The notes under the pieces were generated by a model. The model saw only the letters and a list, made by a program, of their open reading frames with translations. It did not search any database and was not told where the DNA came from. A program made the position numbers and the translations under genes. Positions 1 through 15,570 of a stretch of 64,000 nucleotides of DNA are shown piece by piece. This DNA is from Balanoglossus misakiensis (lineage: Eukaryota; Animalia; Hemichordata), in the NCBI GenBank assembly GCA_040954595.2, contig CM082596.2:8133024-8197023 (forward strand), in the 5' to 3' direction. Numbering within the stretch: the first letter of the stretch is position 1; the number at the start of each line of letters is the position of its first letter.

Positions 1-1881
1 AACTGCAGTCAGGGGGAGGGGGTTGATCGAAACAAGTTCAGCTTTTTAAACTTCAGCTCCTCTCACAAGAACTTTCAAAAATGTTCTGTTGTTCAAGGGA
101 TGTTATCAGTCCTGATGTCATATTTTACACATTTAGTATCAAGTCATCCCGAGTATCAGCCAGTATGATGATAGCTAGTATCTGCAGGTATCTATCTGCA
201 AATTTTTGTTCCATTTCCCCATTTTAACGAATTACACTTTGACAGGTAAAATAGAAAAGTGTTTTTGTAATTCCAGATCACTGCCAATCATATTTAAAGA
301 GAAAATGTTTGATCAACATCTTCCTCAAAATTTCATCTGCACACCGCACGGTGCCAATGAACAGTGCATGCAGATTTTCAATCATGAACAAATATTTCCA
401 CAGCGCTGTCACCGGAGGGATGACAAATTACGAGCAATTTTTCAAGAATTACGACATAATCCACCGACACGAAGGCTGCTTTGCATAATAATGTAATTGT
501 GAGATTACAATACAGATGCCGCGCAGGTTAATGATTTTAAAGTCGGTTCACAGTAACACATATTTATTCAACGTTGCAGTTTAGATTTCAAATTGAACCT
601 GACCGACAGACATCCGGAAGAACAGTGATCAATTTTTTCTTCCGAAAGGTAAAGTGACGAACGGGACCGTCTGGATGTTGTAGTTAGTATGCACAACACA
701 AGATGCTATACAGTATAGAGGCTGCCACTGCAGACACAATGACCCATGGGATAGGTTAGAACTGTAGCATGTGCTCCTTGGCAGCCATCTTGATGATTGT
801 AATCTCCTGAATATCAAAAGTAATGAGGACCAAAGGGGGATTTTTTTTTCCTCACCAGAAATACTCTAATCCTTTCTGGAGAAGTGTTGAATTTATCCAG
901 CGATTTGCTGTCTGTGGGAACTTACCACAGAGCATCAAACATGATGCCTGTAGTTTCAACAATATAAAGGGGACTACACTATGTCTACTCTTATAATATC
1001 TACAATTTGTGATGAAATTACCCAAATTCCTGATCAGTCACAGATTTTGATCACTGTTCTTCAAAATGCATATTTTACCGATTATAAAATTTACTGGGGT
1101 GGTGAAACCCTCCATCACTGATTGACTACCTTCCAAATACTGATATTAAAAATCTCAAATCTCACTCTAATGATTACAAAATATTAAACACACAAGTATC
1201 TTCCCAAAGTCAATAGGGAAAAAAACCCTGTCTGTACTGGTCAAAAATCAATTCTTAAAATATGTAAAACTATCAAACAGTGCTGGAAAAACAATCCAAA
1301 AACTACATGAAAACATCTCATGAAAACGTCACTCACATGAGAAGTATCTATTTCATGTGTCTTTTAAATATTCATGGAGCATGGACAGTTCATATCAAAA
1401 TGTGATTTTTAATACAAACACTTCAAAGTTGATTCGCTGAAAAGTCATTTTCCCAGGAATGATCCCTCATTATTTTCCCTTATCCCGGGAGATCAAGGAG
1501 TTATTCAGGGGGGTTGACTCTACACACACAAAATTGCTTGAAGATGGTGTCCATAAAAACTTGCCATGACTGGCACGAACAGAAATAACTCTATAAGTCT
1601 ATCAGTTCTGATCATTCAATATACTGACTGAATACTTGTCAGATTGAAAGGCGCGTGAAAAAATTAGCAAAGGATTCCTCCCCGCCACAACGGCATTTTA
1701 CTGTCTGGGCCCCCCTTTAGTCATCATCAATTCTACAGAGAGCCGAGCTATGATAGAGATGATTCAATTTCATCGGTTATCTGGTCTGCATTTTTTATTT
1801 CCGCTCTGGCGCTGTGACAACCACTAATGCTTTGCCGAGCACCTACTTCTAAGACATAAACTGAAGACCACTTCAGATTAC

Positions 1882-2040
1882 CTGCAAGCAGTCCTCATTA
1901 TCGATCTTTTGACTTACAGCGGAGCTGTTGTTGGCATCTTGATGCCAGTGATGGCGTCTGGACACACACGGAGTAAAGGCTTTGATCTGACCTTTCAACC
2001 CAACTCGGTCACCTCTGACCTCACGACAATTGCACCTGTC
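1882..2040 (-). CDS. Candidate in-frame (phase 0-0) cassette exon in CACNB intron 2
   Basis: Acceptor ctttccactctcag, then open frame DRCNCREVRGDRVGLKGQIKAFTPCVSRRHHWHQDANNSSA. Two in-frame donors: GCT|gtaagt (exon end 1918) and CAG|gtaatc (end 1882, adds VSQKIDNEDCLQ). No homology recognised. Confidence 0.3.
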
Positions 2041-5000
2041 CTGAGAGTGGAAAGCTGAATCAAATCATTACTTGAAATTATATGGTGATTTTTAAGATTC
2101 ACATCAATTTTTACAGATTAAACATTTTTGTAATTTGACAATCATAAATGGTCATAAATTGGTACATTTTGTTTTTAAAATAAAACCTGTAATTTTTCTG
2201 TTATTATGTTGATAGAGCTAGCCAAATGATCACAGAAACAAGTACACATCATCATGATGACGTGAAAGTTACGTAGTTAAAACTTTTGATCACTTTTCCA
2301 TTCCTGAAAATGTCATTTCTTCGCTAAGAGTACACTGTCTCACATCCTTACATATCTCTGATAAAAAAACACTGCGTACAGCAAATGACATACGGTGCAT
2401 GCACAGTGATCAAAAAAGTCAGTTGGACCTACAGCCCAAGAGGACAGAAAAAAGATATGAGATGAAAACTGGCACTGAAACTGAATTATCCTCTAACAAG
2501 CTGGACACACCATTTGCGTCCATTTCTGTGACAACCTTGATATACAGACATCTCAGTTGTCAGGGAGATTTTTGTTCCGAATTGGAAGTGAGGAAAAGCA
2601 CGCCAACATCCCACGGAAGATGACCAGGAATGGACCCAGTATAGCTTGGTCAGGTCTGATGACACTATCACAGTATTTTTCCCTGGAACTCTAAATGTCA
2701 TTCCTCACTCAACCAGTTCTAGCAGACAGATATTTACATGAAGCCCCCCTGGTCCACACTGAGTTGACACCTTACGTGTGTCTGCTAATCCCAGCACAAA
2801 ACTCACAAGAGGCTCATGAAGAAGAAGAAAAAGCAAGACGAGGGGGGAAAAATGACAGATGTTCTTGAAACTGGAGTTTGGAACGTACCTCGCTGTCTGG
2901 GAAAAGGGCGGTGTACGAGCCTGACGCCTTGTAATTGGCCAACATGAGGATGACTGCGATGGAAAGTTAACGCTTGTTCCGGATCCACACACCAGAGGAC
3001 ATCCAGCGTGTGTGCGCGTCCAAACACACGGAGAAAAAAAATCACCTCAGCATAAGCATCGCAGCCTGACAAAGTACAGTCGTCTCACTCGCAACTTCTA
3101 CCTCATTAATTTTCATTCTTGCCGGGGACCGTTTCTCTCGACAACCGGTGTTTTGCTATGCAACAGGCCTAGCATTCCCACAAGACTTGGAAAGCAGTGT
3201 TTAATAGCTTATCACCACGTCTCATAGCATTATGCGACACAGAACTCCGGCTGACACACACTGCGCCGCTATACATTATCCTGTAATACAGTGATGGAAA
3301 CCCAGGTATGAATGCAAAGTGGGGGCCTCCCCCGTGCCACGAACAGTAATGAATATACCAGAGGCCCTGCGTTCTCTTTATCACAAACTATAAGATGGCA
3401 ATCTTTATCCAGAAAAAAAGTTGCTCTTTCTCTATACGCCGCATTAATGACATATATCGCTCATCATAATGCCAATTTGGCATAACTTAATACATTCATA
3501 AGCCTCCATCCTCATTACTAATTATTAACTATATTCAATTCAGCTTGCCTTTTATTTTCTCAAGCAAGATTACATTCCCAGGGGATCTTGATAGCAAATT
3601 AGCATTCTGATCTGGAGCAAGAAGTAATATCTCAATTCAAATCTAGCGTGCTATAACACTTCAATGAACTTTTGGCATATAAAAAAACTTTGGTGATCAG
3701 AAAAAAAAGACAAGAATATTTACAGTTAAGACAGCAAATTCTTGGTCAGTAAAATGCCACGAAACCTCTCATTACAATACAGATGCCTCTCTTATCAGGA
3801 CTCTTATTAAAGAGAGACTTTTCAAGACAAAAGCTATGACTTGAATAGAAAGTTACCTGTTTATTACGGACACCTTTCAATTATGGACAGATTATTATGG
3901 ATAGATGTCCTTAATTGACATGTTTCACAGTTTGAAACAGTCCGTCTGAAATACACCCCTCTGCATCATACTGACGTCCCAGCCAAGGTGCAGAACACAA
4001 CACACCCCTCTGAGAAAAATACCACAGTCCAAGAGGTCTTTTCCATTTGCACGAAGGTATAGATGGTGTGTAATTAACAGTGGAGATAGACTGCCCAGTA
4101 ATATGGGTCAACCAGAAGGCAATTTGAAACACAGCAAAGTATTGTCAGTAAGTGCTCCGCCAATACACAAGACATCGAACTTGGATGGAATTCATGAACC
4201 TGTATATAGACATCAAAAATCTAATATTTCCTTTTATCCTACTCAGTTACATAAAACTTACAAGTTTGCTATGATATTCATTTTGAAAACCTACAAGAGA
4301 TGAAAAAGAATATTTCTCATCTTGGTAAGAAAACAAGTCAGACTTCATTAGTGTGAACACTGGCGGCCTTGTTCAATTTTCAAAATTTGTAAATAAGTAA
4401 TAATTTTACCAATCCACAAAAATTGCACATTTTTCTGCTTCAAGTAATTATGAACAATCTTCGGGGCTTTAATGAGCAACATCATCACACATTAAAAATA
4501 ATTACAGGTTGAGTCGAAGAAAATGGTGGCAAGATCGATCTTTGACTGTTTCAAACAGATGTCGAGATTGGTCTGGAAATCAGCCACTGCTGAGCACCTG
4601 ACGACTTCAGGATGAAAAGTAATGAATAAATGGACCCGCCAGCTAAAAAACACAGACAGTGCTAAATCATCAACTGCATATTAAATTCACTCACTGACAA
4701 GGGCAAATCCCGGTGAATGCACACGGGCATTAAAACCCAAATCTAAATCATGTTGATGACAGGGGCAGGGACATAGTTTTCTGTCGTCTCTCTGTAAATT
4801 TGTAAAGATTAACAAAAGCTATGATGGTATTGCATTATTAAATAATTTTTTTGACAATACTTCACCAATTTTTTAATAAGCACCATTTCCTGGCAAAATC
4901 TGATGATTTTGATGTTTTTTATCAGACTACGTTTCTGCAGACATGCATTCGATTCTTCGGAAAAGGTCTCTGGTTTTTCCTGTCCCGGTTCTGAGAAAAT

Positions 5001-6689
5001 TAAACACTTGGGGACTCAGCTAGTAGACAGTAAGGATCTTTCCAAATGCCATCATCACAAATGTGAACCATCCAGCTTTGAAATGTCAGAGGTCAAAGTG
5101 GATCGTGTGCAAACGCCCTGCCAATATATACCTGCACTGCATAAAACACACGTATCTGAACAGGCAGACAATTTAACCGGCGCAACGTTCCCAGAATACA
5201 AGCGATGAAAACGTTGTATTTCACATTTCTATATACAATAGCCAGTCACCTCAACGTTTAAATGCACAACATTTTTTGAAAGATAAAACATTTCACGCCA
5301 TTTCAGAGAGAAAGTGGGGAAATTTGTCACTGGAACCTGTTACCATGGTGACACTGTCTGCCAGGGTAGACATATTAGCTATATCAAGGCATCAGATAAT
5401 ATTGAATACTGTCTCAAGGTTATGATGAAGTTCAGAAGTTAACAGCGCTAATTGTACCTTTTTCTATTCCTCTTTTGTCCCACTGAGTATCAAAATACAT
5501 CCTCTTTTTAAATCCAGATTCTCAACGGAATCATAATTATGATGTATTCAAATGCAAAGTTCGGTTCTTTTACTTTACATCTCTGTTTTTATTTTTGTCA
5601 GATAGATAAGAGCAGTCAACTGAAATGGATCATTTCTATCAAATGTGAAACAGTCATGGATTTTGCTTATATATGTCAACTCATTTAGAACTCATCTAAA
5701 TACTGCGAGAGTCACAGAGGTACCTACTTGTTTTACCAGTCATTTCAAGACAAGACACATTCGGCCTTGCTATAGAACACACGAACAACAATCAAATGTG
5801 TAATAAATATAAACTCGCCGCAGAGACAATATTGATTAAAACACACAAAGACCAATTACATTGTACCTTCAGAGGACATTTCCGTGTCAATTTCTGATCA
5901 GACTATTTCAATGGATGACCTAATTTTGTCGGCTGTCATGTAATGTACACCAGCAAATGTCTCCTCTGACAAGTTAATAAGCTAGTCCATACACATGACA
6001 GGCCAGGATAGGAAACAATCAGACAACTGAAACCTTCATACATGATTCAATCGACAAGAACTGTTATTAGTAATAATATGATGACCCTAAACCACACAGA
6101 ACGTGCTTTTATACCTGTTATATATATAGTTAGCCTCGCCTAATACAAAGCCAATACCATGGCCTACACAAGCAAAGCCGCATAGTGTTGAAACGAACAT
6201 CTATACTTTTTTTTTGAAAAGCATAAAGCATGCATGGAAAACTGACTACTTTTATCAACATCAGAAAACATCTTAAGCCAAGGTCATTAATTAGTACATG
6301 CATGAATCTTAAAAAAATTCACTCCCTCATAATGGGTTTTAAAAAAGCACAACCATATATTATACACACTGGAGAGCAGTAATTTCTACTTGCTGACAAG
6401 ATCAAAATGAAACATTTTATTATACAGCTCATCTCATCTCCCAACATCATTCACATGCAGGAGGCGAGGTCAATTTCATTGCCCTTTAAATTGAGTGCCA
6501 ATGTCATCTTTTGTGGAGACAGTTGACAGCCAGTTAACTGACTACCTCCATCAGAAATATGACACGAACTGATGAGAGGTCTTGCCAGGTATCTGTCATG
6601 ATTATATACTAGGGTATCAACTTCATCAAATAATTTTTCTCATTTGGCGAGCACAATGTTTCTTGTAAAATGGTGACACAGCTACTTAA

Positions 6690-6857
6690 AGGAATTATAC
6701 AGTCACCTCTAATTAACATACACCTATATATGGACAAAAAGGTGTGTCTCTGGGATGCACTTTTTTTCACATGGCCACTCACTGAAAATCTATGATTGGG
6801 AAGATCTAAACTTTCCATGATAACTGCGTCTAAATTTGCCAAGGTGACCATATACCT
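6690..6857. mobile_element. Kolobok/T2-like MITE family D, diverged copy
   Basis: TTAA on both sides; termini AGGAATTATACAGTCACC...GGTGACCATATACCT; interior similar to the copies at 52232 and 56184. Confidence 0.7.
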
Positions 6858-7871
6858 TTAATCAACACATTTTCATGTATTCAGTATTGACGTCACATCT
6901 ACAGGGCTAAAATTATTCTGTGCATGCCCTAGTACATGTGTATAAGCTATAACATTAGCATTATACGTCTCACATACCAATCAGCAAGAAAATTCAGCCA
7001 CATGAATGTAGTTCAGTCTTTAAATTTTTAACAAAATTGAAATGCTATTGCAACTCAACTATGTTGTCACGACGATGGTTTAGTTTGATTTTTTAGATGG
7101 ATCTATTTGAGTCTACAGTGAAATGAAACCAATGACATGGAACCCTAGCTAAAGAATTCAAAAACATATTTTTTTTATTTAGAAATCTATCAAGGTGTAT
7201 CCCTTTTCTAACAGAACAAATAATACCATGCATCTGTGGAACACAGCTCTCCAGACAGATGTACATACATACATGCACATTCACAATACATGTACCTGAA
7301 TGGTAAACTTGAATAGTTCTTGCATTACCCATAGTCCTTTGCATTATAATCAAACTGCAGCTTCAAGCAAGATAATGTATGACGTACAGCAATATAATCT
7401 TATTTTACTATTAAGAAAACTGCAAAAACTAGGACCAAATGAGTGAGTTAAATTCGAACTGTCAAATGGTATCGTGTACGACAATAACAGTGTATCACAA
7501 CTTCTTTAAAAGATCCTTTAGACAAAATTCTTAAACTCTGATAGACATTGATTGTTCTATGTTCACCCTATCATGGGCATTCTGGTGTCTTTTCCCTCAA
7601 CATGTTTTAAAATAGAATTATTTCCTTGAAACAGCTTCCTCTGTTATGGCACATGTTCCTGCACGTGTTATTTCTCTTTCAGGCTGGCGCTCAAATAAAG
7701 AATTACACAGATAATCCTGATTATTTCCACTAAACAAATATTTTCTCTTTAAACTGAACACCACATTGGAGCTGTTTCAATATATTGCTTTATGTCACAA
7801 TAACATGGACACATCTGGAGTTTGTATCTGTAATCTGTATATATCAAACTCCCAACACACATATGCAATCA

Positions 7872-7956
7872 CCCTCTCACCACCATGGTTCAGTCCAAAT
7901 CCATTGTTTTCTACTGTTAAGTTGAACCTCTATAGAGGTAACTGGGGGTGAAAGGG
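7872..7956. mobile_element. ~90-bp piggyBac-like MITE family C
   Basis: CCCT...AGGG-TTAA ends; core caccatggttcagtccaaa..cattgttttcta shared with copies at 26320, 29009, 40639 and 61830. Confidence 0.7.
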
Positions 7957-10764
7957 TTAAACTGACAGGAATTTCTCAAGTGATTTTCCAGTTTTTGATT
8001 TGAATAATGCCATTTCTGGAGCGATTATGCAGCGCTTTTGTCAGAAGTTTTCCACAATCATCAATAATTTACAAAAACGTAAGTGACTTCGTCAAATTTC
8101 CAGGACGTTATATGATTAGCGCTTTTCTTTTTCCAATGTTTCTTTTCCAGGAGTGGTTTCAAATTCCAGGAGTTTCAAGCATTTTTTCCCCGGAGCATGC
8201 GAATCTTGTGAATCCCATCGTCTTGCAATGACCTTGAGCACGCACACATAAAATTTCTTCATTATGATCATATCATATATAATTCATGTCATTTCATGTC
8301 ATCGAAGTATAGTCACGCTTCTGCCAGTACATAAACACAGTTCTGAAATGAACAATTCAGACACATTTCTCTGTATATAACAACGTGATCTCTCATATGA
8401 AGTGACAATAACCGAAACAACATGACAAAACTGGGTGTCTGTGTCCCTTTGACATTTGTCACGAGCTCGCTACTTATTCAAGGGTATTAAATCGTTGTGC
8501 TGTTTGCTGCTAAAAATAGAACGGCAGTCTTCTTGGCTTGAAATATACACAGAATCTCCCCCACCCCAGACGATTCTTGTATCACTGGCTTTGTAACACG
8601 TTGTGTGACCTGACCTTGTAAACCAGACAATGATTGTTATTTTTTCTACAACAGGGGTACATGCTACCAATTATCGTTTATGTGCGTCATTACTGTATAT
8701 CACCTGAATTAACTTTCATCGTAGGTTTCTGGCATATGGCTGGCATCATTCCTTTTTCTGTATACAACTTGAATAATGACAGATATATTATAGCCCGAAC
8801 TAGGGAAATTTACTTGGTGCAGGTTAGTGAACATTTGACTTACATTATGCAATGTACAGTCTCTTGCTTTTCCCACATTCAATCTATATCTTTATTACAT
8901 ACATGTACATTATTCTTAAATTCATCAGGAGTAACCCCTGTCATCTCTAAAGTTGAATATCTTTTCATGTATGTATAGATAAACCTCACACAAAAAGGAC
9001 TCAAGAAATTGTTCAGTTTGGAGAGGTGTCCAGATTATAGAGATTCTTTTCAATGCTGCTTGCAAAAGGGACTTAAAATGTGTTCGGTATAGACAGGTTT
9101 CCAGATTAGACAGGGTTTAGACCTATTTTACTTTACATGTACTTTCTGGCTTGGATGACTTGAATATTAAGGGGAAATAATCAAGTTTCCATACAATAGG
9201 ACTGATACGTTGTTGGTTATTATGGCTTCTGCTTGAGTGAAATAGTCAGATGTTGACATCAAGAAGCAAGTATTTCATACCCAGAACCTGATCCATGGTG
9301 CCTCTACTCAGAGGCAAAGCCTGAAGTATACTTTCACTAATCAACATCCAGGCCTAACAACAGCTGGTGCGATGCATTTCTCGGCAAATCACTCCAGGAC
9401 TGGACGTGATAAAAAAGACCACGCATAACATTGAGATGACATGCTGTTCCAGTTTCACTGGGATAGTGTTACCGTGGTCACCGGGCAGATGTTGATTCGC
9501 GTAACACGGTGGGCCCATCATCCAAGACATTGTTCATTCTTGCCTGCCCATTTTTGCGATACATGTCCGTGATTTCAGATGATGTCAAAATATTAAGGGA
9601 GACAATACAACGACCATGCATTTCAAGTAAAGTCATGTCGTATGAGAATCATCCCAACATGACACTTGGCAGTTTTCTCATTCCTCAATTCACACCATAC
9701 CACACTCTAGTCAGATAATAACACAATTATATCTAGCATCACCGTAAATTTCACCAAGGGCATAGCTTGGCAACCGTCCTTGTTTGAGATTACACAACTG
9801 ATCATTTCATGGATTATATCATTAGTGCCTAAACATTTCCAATGTCACTACTTCGCAGCGATCAAAAATCTCAGCAGATCTAGGTCAGGTATTGCACATT
9901 CGCAGGGCCCCCTTGTTATTGTCTAAAACAACACTCTCACTTGCGCAGATGGAAAATTATTCTCACGTTTCACGTGGCCTTTGCATCTTCACCAAATCCC
10001 TGCCAAGATCTGTCCCAACTGACATATCAACTTCACGCCACATGAACAAGAAATATGAGGGTACTGTTCCCATTACAATGGGCTGTGAATGTAGGCCCCT
10101 GGCAATTTACACCAGATGTGTGGAGAATGATAGCATCACTTCATATAAATTAATACTCATTTAATATCTACAATCATGCCAATTTTTGAAGTCTACATGG
10201 AGAGCTCTGATAATGCGTAAATACGCAATCACAACCTCACACATAAGCTTCTATTGATCTGGTAGGATATTCAAATATGCTTTTGTTAAAACAGAGAGAC
10301 AATAGGTATTAACGAATTCTGATTTGCATTTTGCCAACTCGAACAGAGTCACTGAGTATATATTTATATCAAACTTGATCACAACACGGTACATTTAACA
10401 CAGTGGATGCCATTTTTCCCCCACTTTCTGACATATGGAGGAAGCCATTTTGAAAACATATAATTTAAGACTATGGCCTGCGTCTTGACACTTCTGTGAA
10501 GACGTTGTCAGCTGCCTTGACGAAAGAGGAAGCATTCATCTACCGACTGGCCTTATCATAAATAATACACTGTGGAAATATTCATATCTAATTAAGGCTG
10601 GATATTGAGTGGTAATAAAGATAAAATATCATATATTCAAACAATGACAGACTACGGTATATGCCAGTGAAGGTAATCTTGGGTGAAGCCTGATCCAGTT
10701 TCTATCTTGGACATTTTTTTTTCCCCCACCGACACTGCAGAACAAAAACATGACATTGACTTAC

Positions 10765-10797
10765 CAGTTCACTCATTCCGGAATCCGAAGGAAACAT
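10765..10797 (-). CDS. CACNB: Candidate alternative first coding exon of CACNB (MFPSDSGMSEL)
   Basis: ATG followed by 11 open codons ending at phase-0 consensus donor CTG|gtaagt; relatively GC-rich region upstream (10800-11230). Confidence 0.45.
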
Positions 10798-13700
10798 GAC
10801 TGGACTTTCCCCCTATCACTGGCAAGCCCTCTCCTACTGCAGCCGTAAAAATGCTACTAATTAAGCTGTCCGACACTACAGCTGCTGGTTTCTACATGCA
10901 AATCAGATGTCATCTCTGTAAGGAGGAACGCATTGCGGCGACAAGCCTAGCATAGCTCTCTCTCGGTTTTGCGGCAACCACACGCACAATTCTATCGCTT
11001 CAAGGGGGAGGCGGCAATTTTGCACTAAAAAAGCGGGGTATTTTTTTTCACTGATAATATATTGCCCATGAGTTGGGTAATTCTTGGTGTGAGGGGAGAG
11101 ACCGCGATGAGAATAAATAGAGAGGGGCACCACGTTGGGCATTGCAATAATAACATATGAATCATATCATGAATATTTAATCAGGAGGCCCAGATAGGGT
11201 GAGGGACGACATCACAATTCATAACCGCATCCATTAATGACAAATTGACCAACCGGAAACATATTCATTGATAATGGAAAACCAACTAAATTATTCATCT
11301 TTCTATAACGCATCATCTTTATCATTAAATTTATCACATTTCCATGAACTGCTTGAATATCTTAGCTTCCTTGTAGAATTCTTGGAGATTTCAAATCCTT
11401 TCCACGACTATACACCCCATTTGAATGCATCTCGCATGGGCCGTATTATTTTAAAGTGTAATTTTGCAATCATTTGAAAGAAAATACATCCATGGAAATG
11501 ACATCCTGATCAGGTTTCATATTAATATCGCTAAGAGGTCTTTTATAAACCTATGTTAAAACCCAAGGCCTCTGTATGTACATCAAGTAAACCACTTGCA
11601 TTTTTATTTTTGATTTGGTGCGGCAGATGTCTATGTCTTATTTATAAACTGGGTTGAGTCTTTCACAACATTTATTCAGGTTCAAAAGCAAGAATTATCA
11701 AAACCCATATATAGAATTTGAAGCCCACACTGAGTGGAGACAAATAGGGGTTACCATTTTCTGTTACAGAGTGGTGCTGAAGACAAACGCTTGGTCCACA
11801 TCTAATGCATTACGGGACCTGAAGCAACATTTTCCGGGTAATTATGAAATGTAGAAAATACAGAAACAATAAGCTGTGTACATCTTTACACATTATTTAG
11901 ATATATTGCTCTTTTTTCTGTTTTTTTTGTGAACATTCTGAAATCCTATTAAACAGATTGAGCCCTTCATTTCATAGACATCACAGGGATGATGGTATGC
12001 ATTCCAAATCTTTAGCATACCAAATCCTGCTGATTCTTGTCAAGGTTCTGCAAATATTTGCACCACAACTCAAATCATCAGACATTAGAATTGAATATTC
12101 CAACAAGACCTGGACGTGTAGTGGCAAATGTACGTGTATGGAAAATGTACACCAATAAGCACTTGCGTACATGTATGCAGCCACAACACAGACTGTGAAC
12201 TGAAATCATCCACTTTGGGGTTTTGTGCATTTCACATACAAATCAGTACTTGTCCAGCCGGTTGTCTGTCTGTCTGTCTGTTGAATTACATTCATGGCAG
12301 ACATTTACATGTAGTTACATGTAAAATGTGTAAACAATGCATATACATACATGTATAAATGGACATGTAGCAGTCATCAATACTCTTGCAGAAGTTGCTA
12401 GGAAATATGTGCAGAGGCGGTCAAATTTTTGCAGCAGATACAGACACTTTCATACATTAAAGCAAAGTATAATGTACATGTATTTCCACAAACATCCACA
12501 TTTACCTGGCGACAATTTCAACAGAATCCAGTAATTCAATACACATCAAGTAAATCAGGATGCCCAATTACCTTTTTGACATATTTCGCTTTTGAAAGGC
12601 ACAATCGGAACTTTAGATTATTTTCTCTTGAAAGGTCTCAAATTTAAAATTCAAAATGACTGCCATCCTTGTTGTTAACTTTGCAGGGTATAACATAAGT
12701 GATTTTCATAGTAAACAAGATGGTAAACACCCTATTTTTTTCTTTGTTTTCAAGACGAGAACTGAAAGATATAGAGAATGTCAATTTGTCTTAAATCGGT
12801 ACCCGAGGTTAGTGCTACCTTAAGTTCTATTTCATAATGTGTTTAATGCCCTGAGAATAAATAATCACAGTGTTCTTGCCCATGTCCCAACTACCATCTC
12901 ATATCTATACCCAAGAGTTTATTAAAGTACGTCACAATATCCACCTATAACAAAGTCATCTACAACATCTCCGATCAGTCAAGGAGCAATCAGTACACTG
13001 GCACCGGATTCCATCTTGAACTCTAGAGGGCACCCTTCATCTCAAGTGCTTCAAAGATTTTTTTCTTGCTCTCTCTCCCTCTCCTGAGAGGTCCCTCAGG
13101 CACGCACACTCCTCATTGACGATAACTTTGGATGCTACTCACTGCTAACATTCATTTAGCCAATTGCAACGTGAAAAATCATAGATAAATCTAGACACAC
13201 TTCAAACTCCCTTGCAGCAGTAATTCAACTTCCACACATGACCCAGTTATATAAACCAGTTTTAGAACGTTCCAAACCACAAAAACTGAACAAGACTTTG
13301 ATTCTTTTGTTATTATAAGGTAAATGCCCTGTATGTGGCACGCCCTGAAAAGTTTGACAGATACTAGGGAATAAAAACACCAAAGAAAAATGTTGCATAG
13401 CACTAAAATTGTTATGACAATGTCTTTCTATTGTTTTCCCCAAATTAAAAGGGTATCAACTGATACTGTTTAATTGTTCTGGGGAGAACACTAACATACA
13501 ATGTACCTCCACCCTTGCTCTCTGTTCTATTCTCATCTTTTTTTTCAAAACACTGTTCAGTGCATTTACTTTTAATTGCTCGAACAATTTCACCACTATA
13601 TCGCTCGGTCAGATCCAATAGAAGAGACAAACCAGGCCAAAGATATGACAGTCAGGCTACATGAATTAGTTGGGCCAACCTTTTGCTAGCCTACTGTTAG

Positions 13701-15534
13701 CAACTACCATAAGTACCCAATGACACTGTTGGCCGAGTTGACACCAATAGAGAATTTTCATTGAACATATTGATAGCATAGGTGAATATCCTAATATGTT
13801 AGTACACAATATGGAACCAGTCCTGAAAAGGCTGCAATTCTCAGAATGACTATGTAACATGTTAGCTGTGAAGGATATACACGTGATATACTTATATTTC
13901 ATTTTCCTGCCAGCAGTACACACAAAAATTATGACGATGCCCAAATTTTTATCAAGATACTAATCTCATGATCAAAGGGTGTCAATGTCCCCCCCCCCCC
14001 ACCATCACCACCACCACCACCACCAAAAAAAGTTTTTGATACATGATCTGAATACATAACAATGCAATCAACTGTTATGATAATGAGCTAAGCTTCTATT
14101 GTTTTCCCCCAAATTAACAGACATTGCCAATACTCTTTACCGGTAATTGCACTGGGCTCTGTTACACGTATATTATACTGATATATATGTCTACCAGGCT
14201 TCCAGCTAAAAGTAAAAGGGGCAACTTTTTCGGCATACTTTGTGGTCACCACCAATCATTTTCAAGTGAGTGGTAGTCTGAACTTCAACAATAATTGGTA
14301 CAAGTTCCTCAACTCAAATCTACAATATTTGGCATGAAGTGCCAATCTACACATATTCCTCCAGTCCCACCAAAACGAAAAGGGCACCATGGATGTGGAA
14401 GCTGTTTTCTGACCCGCAATATGCAGCCAAGCCCCTGGGGTTCCTATTTGCATGCACTAAACAAGCCACAAACAGCTTTTATTTTTAGGCGAGTGTGCCA
14501 TATTTGCTGGCATGTATTAATACTCTGTCATCAATTGAGGCACCGACCAACGTCCATAATGTTGTCTCCACAAAGGAGAAACCTCATACTAGGTGTTTTT
14601 TGAGATATATCTGTCGTTGAAGTTTGACAGACTGACCCAATTAACAGCCTGCGCTTAACAGAAAAGTTTAGTACTACGCCCTTTCAGTCAACAATTATGC
14701 TAAACACGTTTTTGAGCAGTTATAAATAAAATCCACACAAACATGACAACCGTACAGAAGACTCATACGCTTATAATTTCTTTCTTGGTTGAAAGCTTGA
14801 TTCTGTCTTTCATCTCGGATATTGGCTTTGCATGCTGAGTGGGCTATTCTTCCAATAACTGGCAGTTTTCAGCCCAACAGATTATTTTCAGAAAGGTATA
14901 AAGCAAGTAAGCATGCATAATTTATACAGTGATATCAACTGGGTGCTACTAGTAGTAATATTTTGGATAAAAATAGTCAAGGACGTAAAACAGAAACACG
15001 TACCATTCTTTTAACATCCCTGCAATTCAAACTGAACCCATATTAAAACAAATACCAATTTTGATGCATGGTCTGTTTTATATGTTTTCTCCGATTGTTC
15101 TAATAATATAACAATCGTTACACACATGCGTAAATAATTAGCTGCCATGAGTACGTCCCATTTTCCACCATTTTTAATTCTGGTAATTTAAATGAAAGTT
15201 TAGATCCTGACATATATGTGCAGTAAGTCATGGTTTATTTGACATGTCTCTTTTGGCTTCCTTGCTTTTAAGTCTATCAAACAAACCCCAACGACACCCT
15301 CCGCGTCCCCCACCAACCAACCACATGTTGGCTGTGCACAGTCATCATACCAGCCACAAGGCCAGCTGTTCACAACTATGTACAAAATGCACTGCCATTT
15401 AGAATAATATCCCATGAAAACGGCCACAATTAAATTCAACCGACGACACTAACCAGACCACTTCATCCATCTGCTTATTTTTGCAGGAGATTTCACAAAA
15501 CCAGTAACAAGTGCACACATAAAAGTTACCATAC

Positions 15535-15570
15535 CTGCAGCGAGTACCCTCGTACGGAATCCACCATCAT
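15535..15570 (-). CDS. CACNB: Candidate alternative first coding exon of CACNB (MMVDSVRGYSLQ)
   Basis: ATG ATG...CTG CAG|gtatgg, phase 0; CpG-containing upstream leader. Confidence 0.45.

Noticed and set aside
925-950. Consensus gtaagt donor with nearby ATGs
   Set aside because: ATGs give phase 1 or 2, out of frame with CACNB.
9281-9296. Strong Kozak caccATGg near a gtatga donor on the CACNB strand
   Set aside because: Donor is phase 1, incompatible with the phase-0 CACNB junction.
15351-15398. Another phase-0 ATG-to-donor unit (MAVHFVHSCEQLALWL|gtatga)
   Set aside because: Weaker context and immediately downstream of a better candidate; it shows the chance rate, so not called.
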